Shown piece after piece: positions 62,106-64,000 of a stretch of DNA of 64,000 nucleotides. The position numbers were made by a program, and so were the translations under genes. Under the pieces are notes generated by a model that searched no databases, was not told the origin of the DNA, and worked only from the letters and a program-made list of their open reading frames with translations. How positions within the stretch are numbered: the stretch's first letter is position 1; the number at the start of each line of letters is the position of its first letter. This DNA is from an uncultured Alphaproteobacteria bacterium (GTDB lineage Bacteria; Pseudomonadota; Alphaproteobacteria; CAAGCB01; CAG-977), in contig CALDOX010000001.1 of NCBI GenBank assembly GCA_937912005.1, positions 85,978 through 149,977 on the forward strand, read 5' to 3'.

Positions 62106-62606
62106 AAAGGAGTTGGGGGACAAGTTCCATATAAAGGTTACCTGCGCCCCCATTTGGAAATTCAGGATGATGCGGATCCGGATCGTTTTGCAAAGTTGAG
62201 AGTGATCGCAAATTATACGCCTTGGTGGCACGCCGGAGACAAGGATATGGCGGTACCTTTGCTCGGTGAGGAAGGCGCCTTGAAGCTGTTCCGCTGCAAA
62301 ACGCTTTGGGACAGCGGCGCTCTTGTAACCTGGTCCAGCGACAACATCGTCTATATGGATTTCGGAACATGGCCCCTCTACCCCGGTATGGAAATCGGAA
62401 TGACCCGCCGTATTACCGAAAAGACAAAACTTCCTGAATTCTACAGAACCGACACGGTGTTTCCTTCTGCCAACGAAAGAATAGGCATTGAAGAAATGAT
62501 TCTCGGATATACGATCAACGGAGCCAAACAGCTTGGCATTGAAGCCTCTAAGGGCTCCAACAAACCGCAGGAAGTGTATTTTGGCGGCAAGAGGATAAAA
62601 AAATAA
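62106..62606 (+). pseudogene. C-terminal remnant of an amidohydrolase-family gene (truncated)
   Basis: An in-frame stop lies at 62103-62105, immediately upstream of an amidohydrolase-like C-terminal segment. No N-terminal half is present. Confidence 0.3.
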
Positions 62607-62637
62607 CGCCGGAATATTGTGAACGGATGTAATTTTT

Positions 62638-62669
62638 GGGGCAGCCTGCAAAGTTCAGGCTGCCCCTTT
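62638..62669 (+). terminator. Putative terminator hairpin
   Basis: GGGGCAGCCTG-loop-CAGGCTGCCCC followed by TTT. Confidence 0.4.
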
Positions 62670-62865
62670 AATATACCGGTATGTTCAAACCCTGTCGTAT
62701 TATAAACTCTCATATTTCTTCTCTTCGCTGTTCATGGCTGTTCCCCTTGCTTCGGGAACAGTCTGATCGTCCAAATTTAAATGGGGCGTCACAATGTTTT
62801 AAACGATCGGTTGACTTTTTCTTTTCTTTTAAGGAGAATAGAAAAAGCAAAAGAATGAGGATTTT

Positions 62866-63705
62866 ATGAGTGATGAGTCATTCATTACGTTTGAAAACGA
62901 AAAGCAAATAAAAGAGTCTTTGGAACGTTGGCAGGCTTCCGCGCTGGTGGATGCCGTTAAAGATCTGAAAGATTGCCAAAAACTGCGTCAAGCGGTAAAG
63001 GCTTTGGAAAAAACAAAATCTTCCGAGCTGTTAAAAGACAAGGATAATCCCGAAAAATGGTTGGAATTGTATCGGGCGCATCAGGTGCTGGACCAAAAAG
63101 CGATGGCTATGGGTGAAAAAGAGCAGCCATGGACGCACGAACAGTTTTTGTTTGACGCTTTATTATCCGCTGTCGTGCGCGGCGTGATGCATGAAAATCT
63201 GGATATAGATCCAGAGGAAGACGGACTGGATTTAAATGCGATCCTGGCGGAAATGGATGATCCGGCGGATTTTTTTGATGAGGAAATCGAAAAGGACGAA
63301 GTTTTTCAGGAAGCTTTGGAATCCGCTTCCGCCAACGATATGTTCAAAGTGCATTCCCGTCTGGCGCATATTTTAACCAAATGCAACAATGCATATACTT
63401 TAAAAAGATCGGATTATGTGGTTGAAACGGTCAAAATGCCGATGATGGGATTTCTGGGGAAAAGTCTTTTCCCGGTTTTCGGCAATGCGGTTAAAAAGGT
63501 GCAGTCCAAAACACCTAGCGGTAAAGGCCGCGGCGATTGGATTGATACGCCGACCTGTTTTATATTGGCCCGCACAAATGATTTGTTGCAGGAAGCCAAA
63601 GGCCGTCTGTCGGGATATGCCGAAAAAAAAGAGGAAGCGGAAGCCGCTCGTATCAGAAGAAAGAAAATCTGGTATAAAATAAAAAGAGTTTTCCGTAAAA
63701 GGTAA
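62866..63705 (+). CDS. Hypothetical acidic protein, 279 aa
   Basis: ORF with a basic C-terminal tail. No motifs. Confidence 0.45.
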   Translation: MSDESFITFENEKQIKESLERWQASALVDAVKDLKDCQKLRQAVKALEKTKSSELLKDKDNPEKWLELYRAHQVLDQKAMAMGEKEQPWTHEQFLFDALLSAVVRGVMHENLDIDPEEDGLDLNAILAEMDDPADFFDEEIEKDEVFQEALESASANDMFKVHSRLAHILTKCNNAYTLKRSDYVVETVKMPMMGFLGKSLFPVFGNAVKKVQSKTPSGKGRGDWIDTPTCFILARTNDLLQEAKGRLSGYAEKKEEAEAARIRRKKIWYKIKRVFRKR

Positions 63706-63718
63706 TCTTTTCAAGAAG

Positions 63719-64000
63719 TTACTTTTTAAACCATTTGGATAACAACAGCATCGGTTTTTGCAGAAAACGCGGCGCGTGAGTCACATACATAAAGCGTATG
63801 GCGATTAACGGAATGTTCATATCAATGCAAAACATAATCCGATGATGCCCCTGATAAATTGTGTCTTTGACGCCGAATGATCTGCAAAGCATAAGTTCTA
63901 TCGGAAATTTGTCATCGTAACCGTTTGTTTCCAGAGAATTTTTTAAATCGTTATATTGCTTTTGGCGCTGTTCTTCGGACAGCGGCCATTTTGCATAGCG
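63719..64000 (-). CDS. Hypothetical protein, 3'-terminal part only. The gene continues beyond the window end.
   Basis: Open minus-strand frame from the window edge to the TAA at 63719-63721 (...MLLLSKWFKK*). Confidence 0.35.
   Translation of the reverse strand, partial: RYAKWPLSEEQRQKQYNDLKNSLETNGYDDKFPIELMLCRSFGVKDTIYQGHHRIMFCIDMNIPLIAIRFMYVTHAPRFLQKPMLLLSKWFKK

Noticed and set aside
63400-63714. The 104-aa minus-strand ORF inside the 62866-63705 gene
   Set aside because: It is fully nested antisense in a longer ORF. The genuine minus-strand gene begins only at 63719 and runs off the window.
1-64000. Search for tRNA, rRNA, CRISPR repeats and IS or integrase genes
   Set aside because: No TpsiC-like GGTTCGAATCC motifs or cloverleaf candidates were found in intergenic gaps. 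There are no regularly spaced direct repeats and no transposase or integrase-like ORFs.

Overview
This 64 kb window looks like chromosome from a moderate-GC alphaproteobacterium. The gene content (a high-molecular-weight rubredoxin, ferredoxins, a DUF3795 protein) suggests an anaerobic or microaerophilic lifestyle, possibly host- or gut-associated.

Most of the window is a conserved housekeeping backbone: mltA, an Smr-domain gene, mnmE-mnmG, a PAS-GGDEF diguanylate cyclase, gmk-yicC, rsmB, dnaB, rplI-rpsR-rpsF, argG-argH, htpG, a Suv3-like helicase with an Hsp15-like S4 protein, hisA-hisE-HIT, dapB, dnaJ-dnaK, an Mla/MCE ABC transporter cluster, and a peptidoglycan turnover cluster (PBP1A, Slt, Mpl, LdcA, a Bax-like glucosaminidase, a U32 peptidase).

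The most interesting part is an AT-rich island of about 6 kb at 28659-34711. It is wedged between two core genes with only 4 bp and 16 bp convergent gaps on either side. It carries:
- a single-chain Type IIG-like restriction-modification enzyme of 861 aa, which reads as a PD-ExK nuclease, a gamma-class N6-adenine methyltransferase with an NPPY motif, and an HsdS-like target-recognition domain;
- a 300-bp intergenic region packed with at least six perfect hairpins;
- a HEPN/MNT (HI0074/HI0073-type) toxin-antitoxin pair with a near-consensus sigma70 promoter;
- a divergent module of a Cys-rich DUF3795 protein, a 2x[4Fe-4S] ferredoxin and a 53-aa membrane peptide;
- a separate D12-class Dam-like N6-adenine methyltransferase of 363 aa.

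No integrase, transposase, tRNA, rRNA or CRISPR array was seen.

Other oddities include:
- a GGDEF protein with a 330-aa acidic tail of LP..E repeats ending in xKMP repeats;
- hisA directly abutting hisE with no hisF;
- an orphan HExxH protein;
- several acidic orphan proteins.

All calls come from reading translated ORFs, motifs and sequence by eye. No database searches were run.
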